Below are positions 11,624 through 23,773 of a stretch of DNA of 60,914 nt, one piece after another. The first letter of the stretch is position 1; each line of letters starts with the position of its first letter. The stretch is from Catajapyx aquilonaris (lineage: Eukaryota). The stretch covers positions 1 through 60,914 of the forward strand of contig KZ538580.1 in NCBI GenBank assembly GCA_000934665.2. The letters run 5' to 3'. The translations under genes and the position numbers were made by a program. The notes beneath the pieces were generated by a model. The model saw only the letters and a program-made list of their open reading frames with translations. It ran no database searches and was not told the DNA's origin.

Positions 11624-14600
11624 TCACTGGGCCTTTGCTTTCTGCCTATTTTTCGTCTTCTTCAACTTCTTCAGTCCGTCCATTTGTGACTTAAGGATGG
11701 TCATATACTCAGACTGGAATCGGTTAACATCCTTGCCATGCACCTAAATGAGAATTCAGAATTATTTACGTCTCTTCATTCAATTGCAAGCCATAGGCTA
11801 AAAACTTAACCTTTGCCACACAATACGTGGTCAACTACTTATGTACTATATCACTCAAAAACATAGAGACGATTTTGCATTTGATTCAAGTGCAGGCTGC
11901 ACTTGAGTCAAATGCAAAATCGTCTCCTATGTTTTTGAGCGATATAGTACATCTGGTAGTAGTTATAATTAGATTTTACTTATTATTTATTTATTTAATT
12001 TACCACGTGATAGGGCAGAACCCTTTTAGGGGGGAAGGGGAGGTTCCCGGGGGGGGNGGGCGAGGCACTGTAATTATAGTCATTTCTGACTTTCTGAAAT
12101 ACAGGCCTTTTCTCGTGGCCCTGGGCAGAGTAGGGAGTGCAATTCTGCCCCGACATGTCGGGTGAAAAGCGGAAAAATACCCGGCCAAGCAGAGGTGACA
12201 GGGACGGGATTTGAACCCAGGCCTCCCGCTTGGCTGGCCAGTGGCATAACCACTAGACCACCATGCCTCCCCCTAGTTATTATTAGATAAAAACATAATG
12301 ACTTTGGGGCACATTTAGTGTATTTTTCAAAATTCTATTTTCTAATTAAGGTGCGTAAGCCCCAAGGTTTCACACACAAGGTCTCACTCACGTCACATCA
12401 ACATAAAATTCAAACATATGAGCAGGACTGTACAGTACGGTACACTGTCTAATAAAAAAACAGGATCCAAGTTACATACAATTAGCCCCATATATACAGG
12501 GTGTTTCTCACTAGTAGATCAAGCCACAAGTGGCATATTCCTTGGCCCAAACCCAGTCTAAAATGTAGGGGGGGGAGAAATGTCGAGGGACCAACCTGTA
12601 ATGAGGTAGACCAGGGATAGTCAACTAGTTTATGACAAGGTCCAGTATTTACCTTTCCTGGGTCATTGAAGGTCCGGACACCCCCCCCCCCCNNNNNNNN
12701 NNNNNNNNNNNNNNNNNNNNNNNNNNNNNNNNNNNNNNNNNNNNNNNNNNNNNNNNNNNNNNNNNNNNNNNNNNNNNNNNNNNNNNNNNNNNNNNNNNNN
12801 NNNNNNNNNNNNNNNNNNNNNNNNNNNNNNNNNNNNNNNNNNNNNNNNNNNNNNNNNNNNNNNNNNNNNNNNNNNNNNNNNNNNNNNNNNNNNNNNNNNN
12901 NGGGGGGGGGGAGGGGGGAGGGGGTTCAAGGCCAATGAGCTTAGGTCAATGTGGGAAATTTTAATGGATATTTGATGAAACTGGCCGCACTTTCCCAAAA
13001 AATCATGAATTAGTCATTTCTAATGCTATTTCTAACTGTCCTGTATATCGTCGCAGTCCGGACAAAATTGTCTGCATCTGCATCTGCATCTGCATCTGTC
13101 CGCCAGTTGAATAGCTCTGAGGTAGACGACCTGAAACATTGGCTTACCACTAGACACATGCTGCAACACACATAACGCTTCTTTGTAGGGATATCTCCTG
13201 GCAGATGGACTCACATGCCTTACAGTGGTTGCCTAGGGAGCAGGATATGAGTGATCATCGCTTTGCGAAAGAGGCGATCTTGAAAAAACGCATTGTCATG
13301 ATTGTCACGATCTTATCCTGCTCTCTAGGCAACCCCTGTAAGGCACGTGATTCCATCTGCCAGGAGATATCCCTACAATGAGGTGTCGTGTGTGTTGCAA
13401 CGTGTGTCTAGGGGTAGGCCAATGTTTCTGGTGAGTCGACCTCGTTACAGGTTGGTCCCTCAACATTTCTCCCCCCTTCATCAACTTGGTTTGGGCCAAG
13501 GAATATGCCACTTGAGGCTTTGTTGCGGAACAATCCAATTACATAAGTCGGGGCCTCGGCTAGTGGTATATAAAATTAAATTGGCATGAACTTACTGCAA
13601 GTAACAATAATTCGGCAATTATAAATTACAAGAAAAGCTCAGTCCAATTTATTGCCATTATGGCTTTACTATCACATGGTACACATGCAGTAGCAATAAT
13701 TATGACACATGTCGCTCAAGATGCCCCAGGTGTCTAACTGAAAAGCAAGTGGTTCATGATATTTCCAATTGCTGCTGACGTGAGCTGACTTTTGTTCCAC
13801 ATGGTATACATGTTGCATGAACTGGACAAGTTTATGCAGTGGAAATTTGTGTGTGGGAGAAGTGGGATGCTAATGAGTATACTACAATCACACATGATTC
13901 ACATAATGCATCATACTTTTTCTTTTGGTCATGACACTGCAAGTCTGCCCAGCCATTTTAGCAGGGAAGTGAAAAATACCTAAATGAGCAAACCCAGAAA
14001 AAGTTAGGAATATACCCCTGACAGCTTGCTTGGCTGGTTAATAGCTTAACTCCTAGACCAGTGTAAACCCCATAGAACCCAATTTGCTTAAATAAATTTG
14101 ATATTTTAAGTAAGTGACAAGCACATGTCCGTGATTTGCAAATCCAGACAGCTACTTTTTGAGGTGGCTGAATTATATTGGGGAAGGTAGCAATAAAAGT
14201 ACTCACCACAGTACTCAGCTTCTTCTTCTCAACTTTAGCTCGAACTAGGCACATAAACTCAGTGGGTTCTGGCTTAGGCTTAGCATTGGCCTTTAGACTC
14301 CCTGGCTTTGGCTCTGGCCTGTCCCTACCATCATCTATAAAGAAAAGAAATAATCATCAGTTAAGTTTATAATTTCATCACAATTAGTCTCATCATGAAT
14401 TTAACAAATATTCAAACATAAGTTGAATAAGCTTCTACTTGCACACTTATAAAACTGAACAGTCAATGGAAGTCTACAAGTCAATATCTGGTGTTTAAAA
14501 GGTATGAAGTAGCAAGCAGCAATTGATCTTTTGAATATGGTAGCATGTTAAGTATGGTTTGCCTCTATAAAAAATGTGCAGTTAATTAAAGAGATGCATC

Positions 14601-17600
14601 CTAAAACTTGGAAGTCCACTTCATTGCAGGAAAGGTTCAGGCTTTGATTACTGTTGTAAAGAATTTTCACTTGTCCAAAAAAGAGAAATCATGGCAAAGA
14701 ACTAAAGAGTTTGCTTTTAATCCATGAATTGAAGGTCCACTGTAACAAAGGTGCCATGGGACCCTCGACAGCGTACTCGACCTCAATATGTGATTTTGTT
14801 TTTAAATTTGCAATATCTGCCTGGCTTATTGGGTCTTCAGCCCCCTCCATCTCTTGTGGAGTGGGTCATCTCTGGCTTCGTCACAGGTGGGATTCCTTGA
14901 GATAACTACCCAGGGTAAGAACAAAATGACTGTTATGTCATTGCATGCACACCTTCACTCCGATTCGCCCTTGCCCATGGACCCAGGCGCTTAATCCAAA
15001 GGACCAAAGGTAGAGGTACAAACATCATTTGTGCTTCGTAACTAAGTAATCAATGCAGATTGAATGAAAGCATATGACAACCACAGCAGCATCGCAAAAT
15101 TGTTGTTAATGGGTCTCTTGGTTACTGTCACTTTCACAGGATTTTATGCCTTTCTATCTTATGGTCTCATCCCCATTTGTAGTCCATGTTGTCAATCTGA
15201 TCCATGCCAGATTGACTGTATTCAACTTCTCATGTCAACATACTTAACAAAACAAATTAGGTGGTCAACAAGCATGCACATAATGATACATTGCCTCAAA
15301 ATTTGTGTAAAATGTAGAGATGAAAAATTATCAAGTATTCCTGATTAACAAATTTGTCATTAATGAAGTCATATCAGTGCTTGAACTGCAGCATGCTGCC
15401 AAAGTAGCAAGTACAGGCGCTGGTAAGACAGAGAAAAAGAGGTTTAAAAGGTAGTTGACCAATCAGCAAAAGTAACTGTATGGTCATTTTCACAGCCATG
15501 AATACACTGCACCTGGTCTAGACCTGGTCCACTCTTTGGTTGCTATAGAGGGAATATGCTTGTAACAAATATCTACGCTCTAGGGTGAACTCTTATGGAT
15601 CAGAGAACCACTTTATGAAAAGGAATGATTTCGTATCTGTAGCCTCATTACCATGATAATGGGCTTAAATTAATTTTTACAAAGTTTAAAATATCCTGGC
15701 CTCAGGTATGTGCCACTCCAAGTGACCTTATTTTCATATGTTATCTCATTTGGAGTAGAAGACAGTGGCTACATCCATGGAAGTGCCACAGGAATATCCC
15801 TTAAACAGGAGATAACAATGAACGAATTGGTTAAGGCCAATAATCTCAGTAACGAAGCTTCCGAGACAAAATGACACCACTAACTAAAATGACCCTTAGG
15901 TGTTTAAGAATTCACTCGAGAATGTTGTCACTGGTGTTTACAAAACAGCCTGCCAATGCACAGGTGATCATCTGACTGCATATCAACACGGAAGAACTCT
16001 TTGGTCCCGTTTGTGTTTGGTGCCATAAAAGTAAAAATACAAATAATTTCAGGCTTATAGGGCCTTCTCAAACTTGAAAAATTGCAAATTAATAATAATA
16101 ATAATAATAATTGTTGGGGTAGTGCTCACCCAGAGGGTATTCGCACGGACCTTTATTTTTCAATCGAACAGTATACATTGTGGAACCATATTCGAAGCGC
16201 CCGGGCCCACGGGCAGGATGACAGGAGGGGATGTGCAAGTGCAGTGCAGTAACGGTGCTTGGTCGTTTTGTGAACTCCCCCGGATGGTTTAGTCTGTGGA
16301 TATACCACTCGAGACGAAGCCAGAGACGACCCCAGAACTCTGCATGAGATGAAGGGGGTGTCCCCGGGCTGGGATCGAACCCGGGACCTTAACATCCGTG
16401 GGCGCGCACGTTACCGCGGCGCCACTTCGTCTCCCCTTGAAAAATTGCAAATTCACAACATCTGGACCCCAATATCTCAGATCTGAATTTCTGGTTTGCA
16501 CATTTAACTTTACTTTTTCGTGTACAAACAATCAAGCACATTTTGCACCAAAAATATTAGTGGATGAAAAAATATACAGGGTGAAGGGAAAGTCGCGTAC
16601 AATCGCCAGGTAGACTGATAGTACTCGCAAAACTAATACAGGGATGTGCAATATTAGTTTTGGACTCCATTGCGGAGTTAATGCATATGGCGCTGTCAAA
16701 GTTTCATGACGTCACATCCGTTCCACCAGCTTGTAAGAAGCAAAAGTCAGCTCGAGGGCCTCTGGTCCCTTGCCTTGGTCCGCTAACACATCGTCCATGT
16801 GCAAAAAGTGATCAAATCCCGTCAGAGTAAGAATCCGGGTACGACACCCATGCACTTTGTCGTTTTTGCCTCATATTCCACCATCTGGCCCTCTACACTT
16901 TAAGGGCGCTGTATGCATTAACTACACAACGGAGCCAAAAACTAATTGCACATCCCTATATTAGTTTTGCGAGTACTATCAGTCTACCTGGCAATTATAC
17001 GTGAGTTTCCCTTCACCCTGTATATGTCCTACAAAATACCTCCTATCTTACTTGCTAACATCCTTTTACAGATCTATCCCATACTTGAAAACATGTCTTA
17101 ACAGATTTATTGTTCCTGCATGGACAAAGTTGCTTTTCCACATCCATATTCATTCAGTCATGTCAGGCTTATTCTGAGGCTGTGCCTGAAACACATTTCA
17201 GTCCAAAATAATAAAAAATGAGGAAAAATTGTCCCTTTGTGGTGCCATATCTTATGAAAATAAATGAAACTTTTCCTGTCTCCCAAAGCCCATCCTTACT
17301 TTTTCTTGGTAACCTTGCCAAATGGGGTGTAAGTTAGTAAAATGCTTACTTTATTGGGAAATCAAGCAGTTATGGCCCCTGCTGACAAGGGAAGTGTAAG
17401 TGTTGTCTGTGGAGTTTCTGAATGCAACTTGGCACAATAATGTAGGCAGGTAAGTTATTAAAGAAAATGCGAACAATTTAGGTGAATGCCCACAAGGTCA
17501 AAAGTTATGACCTCTGGAACTCACAAGGGACACTTTCCAAGGTCTCACCGATTTTCTTGAAATTCGGTACATTGGTAGGCCGAATTGGTAGGATGAAACA

Positions 17601-19060
17601 CACACCTAAAGTGACCTGCTCAAAATGACCCGGTGACCCCTTTTTGGGGGCTACCAATGCACCAAATTTCAAGAAAATCAGTGTGACCTTGGAAAGTGTC
17701 CCTTGTGAGTTCAAGAGGTCATAACTTTTGACCTTGTAGGCATTCGCATAAATTGTTTGCATTTTCTTTAATAACTTAACCTGCCTATACTATTGTGCCA
17801 AGTTTCATTCAGAAACTCCATGGACAACACTTACACTTCCCTTGTGAGTTCAGCACTGCGGCAGAAAATATTTAAAGCCTAGAACAGCTAAAACCATGCA
17901 GACATGAAAATTTACATGCTTAAATTTTACTCAAGACAAATCCAGTGTGAAGTCATTGAAAGTGACCACTAATGCCAATAAACCACACCAATCAATATAT
18001 ATTTCTGTCGTCAATCAGCCCTGACAGCTGTGCAGCATATGTGCCGCACTCACCATCAGAAAAAGCTGACTTAAGGCTTGTCTAGAGCCATCTGAGTTTA
18101 GAAAAATGAACAACTGGTAATAGGTACTAGTGTAGAAGGAAGAAGAAATAACCTAGAGGTGGAGGCAAGGGATTCTAAGAGGTGGAGGCAAAATAGTACA
18201 GCAGAATGATACAATAATGTATGTTTCCATTTTAAGTTTTACTTATGTCATTAAAATTTAATTAATGTTTATTATTAAGACATGGTAACCGAAGCAGGTT
18301 GGCATAGTGGATAAGGCGTCCGACTGCTAATCGGGAGGTCCTGGGTTCGAATCCCGCGGCCGGCAACTCTGACCGTGGTTTTCTGTGGTTTCCCACGGTC
18401 CTTCCAGGAAAATTCCGGAGTTGTTTCCGTAATTAATAGGCCACAGCCGCTTCCTTCCGTCCCTATCCTATCCCAAAAAGCGCAGTAAAATGAAAGCAAA
18501 GAGTTCCAGGCAAAACAAAAACTTCCCCCCTAAAGAGCCGATAGGCTGATAACGGGGTATGAATTATTATTATTAAGACATGCTCCCATCATCTGGAATC
18601 AATATAAATTATCACTATGATTTAATTCCCAGCCAAGTAGAAAAAATAAAATCCAAACACCCTTAGGCATCCAAGGTATTCAAAAATGTTGTATTATATT
18701 GCATGTGAATGAATTATAGGCAGCACAAGCATCCAGATCTGAAATCAGAGTGGAATGACGATCCAAATTGTCATTTTTCCCTCAAGCCTGAAGGGTAGAC
18801 TGCATTGTGAAATGCAAATACCACAGATGACATTGGGTCCCAGAATACTCACATCTCTTCATGGTTATAGTAACTGCTTTCTTAGACTTGTAACGCGTGA
18901 ACAGCCTGGTCAGCTCGGTCAAAAACTGAAACGGAGGAGTTAGTGCATAAGTTAGCTTCAAATGTCATGTCCACGTGAATGCGAAAGCTCTCGGTCCATA
19001 TGAAAAAGGCAAAAATGTGTTGAATAGTTTTCTTACCACGTCGTTAGCCAGAAGCACCAT
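11624..19060 (-). CDS. SRP14: Signal recognition particle 14 kDa protein, complete, 4 coding exons, 114 aa
   Basis: Exons 19037-19060 (MVLLANDV), 18853-18925 (FLTELTRLFTRYKSKKAVTITMKR), 14207-14334 (YDGRDRPEPK...MCLVRAKVEKKKLSTV), 11624-11743 (VHGKDVNRFQSEYMTILKSQMDGLKKLKK...AQ*). All junctions are GT-AG and phase-compatible. Motifs FLTELTRLF, YDGR, CLxRA, KKxSTVV and MDGLKK match SRP14. Confidence 0.96.
11846..11947. mobile_element. ~100-bp hairpin MITE (CTATATC...GATATAG)
   Basis: Near-perfect palindrome flanked by TA in an ATGTA...TACAT context; second copy at 53226-53325. Confidence 0.88.
11975..12273 (-). mobile_element. tRNA-derived SINE
   Basis: Minus head GGGGGAGGCATGGTGGTCTAGTGGTTATGCC...CTGGGTTCAAATCCC, (TAAA)n tail, and a 15-bp TSD TAGTTAT(A/T)ATTAGAT at 11960-11974 and 12274-12288. 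Confidence 0.88.
12497..13525. mobile_element. Foldback MITE (CAGGGTG family) interrupted by a hAT element
   Basis: Left arm 12497-12611 plus 13120-13255 is reverse-complementary to 13300-13520 (e.g. CAAGTGGCATATTCCTTGGCCCAAACC / GGTTTGGGCCAAGGAATATGCCACTTG). Confidence 0.8.
12612..13119. mobile_element. Non-autonomous hAT element (contains assembly gap 12693-12901)
   Basis: Imperfect TIRs CAGGGATAGTCAACT / AGTTGAATAGCTCTG; 8-bp TSD AGGTAGAC at 12604-12611 and 13120-13127 (central TA, Buster-like). Confidence 0.8.
16091..16435 (-). mobile_element. tRNA-derived SINE, family A, full length
   Basis: Minus head GGGGAGACGAAGTGGCGCCGCGGTAACG...CCGGGTTCGATCCC, (TTA)n tail, and an 18-bp perfect TSD CTTGAAAAATTGCAAATT at 16073-16090 and 16436-16453. 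Homologous to copies at 48108, 48692 and 59547. Confidence 0.93.
16577..17020. mobile_element. Tc1/mariner-type MITE
   Basis: TA|CAGGGTGAAGGGAAA ... TTTCCCTTCACCCTG|TA with ~120-bp inverted arms (CCAGGTAGACTGATAGTACTCGCAAAACTAATA). Confidence 0.9.
17385..17845. repeat. Long inverted repeat / foldback element (~200-bp arms)
   Basis: ACAAGGGAAGTGTAAGTGTTGTC... vs ...GACAACACTTACACTTCCCTTGT; the arms pair down to ~17580/17650. Confidence 0.88.
18285..18566 (+). mobile_element. tRNA-derived SINE, family B
   Basis: Head with TGGCATAGTGG (A box) and GGTTCGAATCCC (B box); body GGTTTTCTGTGGTTTCCC...AGGCCACAGCCGCTTCCTTCC; 16-bp TSD TTATTATTAAGACATG at 18269-18284 and 18567-18582. Confidence 0.92.
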
Positions 19061-19314
19061 CTTGAGCACCACGCGACTCAACCTAGCCTCCCTCACTTGT
19101 AGATAAATATTGAGTCCAGTCTTCGCGCAACTATCGTGTCATAACCTATAGAAATTATCATTATTAATTAGGGCTCCATTTTATACGCGGTCAAACACGC
19201 ATATTTGTTAAATATTTTTTGAGCCACCTTCCAAGGAACGACGATAAGAAGTAGTGATGGAAATAACATCATGGCAGTGTCTGAAATATGAGAAAACGGG
19301 AATAAGTTTTCACT

Positions 19315-19826
19315 GGATTAAATACTATTAAATACTATAAATACTAAATACTAACTACTGCATAAAATGTAATTAATGCTGAATACTAAATAATGCATAA
19401 GAGAGTAATTAGATACTAAATACATCAAAAGTATTTACATACTTTTGTAAATACATTTCAATACATTTTTTGTTAATGTGCAACTAATTTCTTACCATCA
19501 TTCTTTGGATAAAAATAAGAAAACATAACAGATTTCTCTACTTTTATATCCATTCTATAACCATATAATTATGTTGGTCTCCTATAAGCTGCTCATTAGC
19601 TGCTTTTCTTTCATTAGGTTTCAGAATTAAAAATTATGCAAATATAAATTAAAAGGGAGTTAGGGAAAGTATTTACGCTATGTATTTAAATACTTCTGTA
19701 TTTAAATACTCAGAAATGTATTGAAATACAGTATTTAAATACAGGAGAACCAATGTAGTTATAAATGCATCTCTAAATACCAAAAAGTATTGAAATACAT
19801 TTGTATTTAAATACTACCCATCTCTG
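19315..19826. mobile_element. Non-autonomous DNA element with reiterated GTATTTAAATAC motifs (hAT-like end)
   Basis: Many copies of AAATAC/GTATTT palindromes; right terminus TACTACCCATCTCTG. Left terminus not resolved. Confidence 0.55.
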
Positions 19827-20137
19827 GGTCTACTATAATCCTACTATAATAGTAGATGTATGGACGATGATCTACGTAATATTCTATTCATTCACCGGTA
19901 ACGACGTAGGTGCCAATGAATATTGTTAATAATGCGCAACAGTTTATGGGCAGGAGAGCATAATGTACAGTACGGTACTGCACTAAACAAAGCCAAATAT
20001 ATTTGAAACCAGATTGTTTCCGGATCATTAGTTATATTATTTTTTAAATTGTTACTTATTCTTCAATCAATATAACTTACACTCTTCCGAATGTGTCACC
20101 TGTCATTTGTGGCAGTGTTGCCTTCCAATTGTCATTA

Positions 20138-20360
20138 CCGGTTGAAACTCATTGTTTCCGAAATGCCTACAGGGCCGGAAGTGTTTCGGATTTCATGTTT
20201 CTTCTGATTTTAAAATATTTGCATATTTGCATCTATAAAATCGGACAACTTTTGGGTTGAATAAATGCCTGAACCCGACATCCATATTCATTATTAGAGG
20301 TTATACAAACCCTGGAGGAAGTTTTATATGATTTTTTAAATAATAATTTTGTACACGTAG
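20138..20360 (+). mobile_element. pogo/Tigger-like MITE, degenerate copy
   Basis: CCGGTTGA...TCCGAAATGC...GGAAGTGTTTCGGATTT, shared with copies at 22104, 27963, 45780 and 59192. Confidence 0.65.
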
Positions 20361-21189
20361 GCTACAAAATAATACAGGGAATGATTCTAGTCATATTTGT
20401 TAATCGCACGGAATTTTCCTTTCTTTGTATGTACAGTTACGTCCTGGCAGCACTTCCACACTTTCCACATTCTTTCCACATTCCACATTCCACACTTCTG
20501 CTATACTATAACGAAAAAGTGCCTGCACCCCACAGTCTTAGAATACTCATGCAGGTCTGCACAATGCAATGAGAGTGACACATGGTAATTCTAAGATAAC
20601 ACATGACATTAGGAACAGAATGATGTGCCCTTTTTCGCAGAATGGCAGATCTATCAACTTTTATCTCTTTCCCTGAAGTGCTTGCGTTGGTTTCTCAGTC
20701 CTTTTCCTCCCACACAGTCAAAAAAATCTATTCTCCGAAAGGTGTAATACTAAATTATTTGCTCAATTTCCTTCCTGATTCTTAGTTAGGCCTACTTGGT
20801 CATGATTACCATGGCACTAAAGACGATCCACTCTTAGGAGCCTTAACTCCACTTCGCTATATTTATTATGAACCAACAACAGAACCCACCTAGTGCTAAA
20901 TTATTCGGAGCAGTAATTGATTTGGTCCCAGCCTGACACTTTCTCCCTCTACTTTTTTGGTTTCTATTGGACGTACCATATTACAGCTTGGCATTTGAAA
21001 AGGTGATTCATCTGTTGTGGCGCAGACCAGCCCTGCGCAGACACACGCCACGGCGGACTTGTCATGAATTCTGCGTCTTTCACACCTCTACATTTTCGAC
21101 TTATTTTGAATTAAGGTCAATCATTAGCCACAACGGATAAATATATACAGACATTATTCTGTAACAACCTATAATGTATGCACATTTAA

Positions 21190-21471
21190 CCCTGGAACCG
21201 TCCCGTGCCTGATAGTTACGGGAACCGTGCCGTGGGGTCTTTTAGGACCCCACGCCATATTTTAATTTTTCTTAATTTTTATGTAATACTTTTCAATGTA
21301 TTGACTTACAATCATTCTTTGAACAATGCCTAAAATGATTGCTAATTCAAAATAAACATGCACTTCCTTGTTATATACTTTAAAAAATGGCAAACACTTC
21401 ATTGTAATTGTAATTTTAATGCATTTTAATTCCTTTGGGGTCCGAAAAGACCCCACGGCACGGTTCCAGGG
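21190..21471. mobile_element. piggyBac-type non-autonomous element
   Basis: TTAA|CCCTGGAACCGT ... ACGGTTCCAGGG|TTAA, with subterminal inverted repeat GGAACCGTGCCGTGGGGTCTTTT(A/C)GGACCCC. Confidence 0.9.
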
Positions 21472-22103
21472 TTAACAATTCAGGACGTCCTGGTTACACA
21501 CAGTTTATGTCAGAAGAGATTACATACCCAGACATGCTGCTGGCAATATAGTGTACCGTATATTAATCAGCTCCAAAAATGCAAGCATATTTCAAATTTT
21601 GATTTAATGCCATGGTAACTGTCGATTGCACTTCTCTACAGCCAAGCCTGCAAAGTTATGGGTGGTAAAGTAATGAAATTATAATGAGATTCCTCAGGCA
21701 AATTATTACAGCTACATAACTTTGCACTTCCATGCTATTTTCAAGATCAGTACTTCCTAATTGGATTAATAAGTCTTCCCACTTCTATTTGATTGGAAGA
21801 GGAACCTCGTGCATTTGTTGCAAAATAAAGCTATTATTGGCACAACGACCACTCCTAGGGTTACAGATTAATAAGGTAATATTAGAACCACCCGCGTAGT
21901 TACATTCATACTGTCACTTGCGACACTCCACGATGAATAAGCCACTAAAAGTACCGGGTCTTGCCCTTGTAATACCCCAGCCCGAGGGGTTAGTCACTTA
22001 TGAATGGTCCTTCGTATACCGAACTGAAATCCTGTCGAAGTCGGTGAAGTCCATCGTCCGGAACTCCGGAGCTCGTCCGTCGCGTCGGTCAGTTCCGATT
22101 CTA

Positions 22104-22453
22104 CAGGTTGAGACTCCTTTATCAGAAATGCTGGGGACCAGAAGTGTTTCGGATTTTGGAATACTGTGCATTTATAAAATGCGACAGCTCTCTGATAGGA
22201 CAAATGCCTCAACGATATCCATATGGGCTACATGTCTTAAACTTAATGGAGGTTATACATTAACGATTAACCCTGGAGGTAGTTTTATATAAATTTAGAA
22301 TACTTTTGTATTCGCCTACGTACAGATGCATGTAATGCTGCCATGTTACATTCACATGGAATTTTACATTTGTGGTGCGTCATATTAACAGCGGGACTCA
22401 ACAGTGAAAAAACAATCCGATTTTGGAATTTCGGAAAAAATATTCTAATCCAG
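22104..22453 (+). mobile_element. pogo/Tigger-like MITE
   Basis: TA|CAGGTTGAGACTCCTTTATCAGAAATGCTGGGGACCAGAAGTGTTTCGGATTTTGG; degenerate right TIR near 22420-22453. Confidence 0.78.
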
Positions 22454-23773
22454 TACTTTTAAATATAGAGAGGAGAAGGGATAAATGACATGCACGTGGT
22501 CACATATCACGAAAATATGCACGTAGAATCTTAGATATTATTTATTAAATTAAAGTTCTGCAAGTAATTTGGTATGAAATACCGTTATATTGTCACCATC
22601 ATAATAATTTATTATAATTATAATGCTTCGGTTCCGCGTGCGGTTCAGTTATCAGATATACTGTTTTCTATGCTTTTCTTGAAACCTTCCGAATTATAAA
22701 TGAGTTTCCTTGACAATGAATGTGCAGCAATAAAACAAAATAATAAAATCATTCACATTTTTTTTACATGCTCAACCTGATGACTTACCCTATGGTTCTA
22801 TTTTGATGGCAGACATTGTCTTTTCATGCGCCTTTGAAAACGTGGCTATACTTATAGGATGTGTCATGCGGAAACTTGCTCCAGCTGTCATTTGTGTAGA
22901 CTATAAAATGTTTGAGATAAATTTTCCAATGCCAAAGCCACTTACGTTAGAAATCCAACTTTACAAGTAGACTTTAAATTAATTATTACGAAAGGAAGTT
23001 TTATGTTCAAAAAAAAAATACACTGCATTATCCAGCATTATCCATAAAACAGCCCTAAATAGATCGAACGCTATAAATTACTACAGGTGAACTTGAGGAT
23101 AGTATATTATTTTGGGCTATATTATTTTGCAGTTTCGAATGGATATATGTACGTACTATACAGCCGAATAAAACTCGTAAGTTACCACTATACGGACCTG
23201 TCTGAAAGGTTACGTGACACAAATTGGAATGAGTAAAATGACACAATCCAAGAATGTTAATTGTTAACAATGGCTGGTGTCCATGTTTGTCGGTCTTGTC
23301 GCTTACAAAGTGATTAGTAGCCCAATTACCCTGCGAATTATCTACTCCGACGTATACATATGCCAGAACCGTTTTTGCTTTTGAGCGTGACAAAATCCCA
23401 GAGTAGTGTCACCCACAAGGAATGCAAATTCGTCAGAACCGCTGTGGTTTGAGCGGGGACTGGTATTTTTTTGGCAGAGATGACAGGGATATGCTGTAAC
23501 GCTGCTTTCTGTGACGTTTAAGGTATAGGGAAGACGCAATGACGCCGTTTGCTCTTCTAACCAGGATGGAATAGTTTCCAAAATAGACCTGTCGTAATCC
23601 TCCGCCCCCTCAAGACGCAAGCTGGCCATAATCTTTTGCCAGCAACCAAGGAGGGCCAGAGAGAAGAGGCTCAGAGTTGCTTCAAGAAACACCTTGTCCA
23701 TCTGAGTTCCGCACATCTACCCTATTAGTGTTCCTTCTGTCTGCTGTACCGGACCACCAACACACCAGCAACC

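Noticed and set aside
12632..12998. ORFs spanning X runs
   Set aside because: Artefacts of the assembly gap at 12693-12901.
18293..18365. tRNA-like cloverleaf with GCT (Ser) anticodon
   Set aside because: No long variable arm, imperfect acceptor stem, and it continues into a SINE body bounded by a 16-bp TSD; it is a SINE head.
11624..19060. Functional link between SRP14 and the SINEs in its introns
   Set aside because: SRP9/14 binds 7SL-derived Alu domains; these SINEs are tRNA-derived and equally dense elsewhere in the window.
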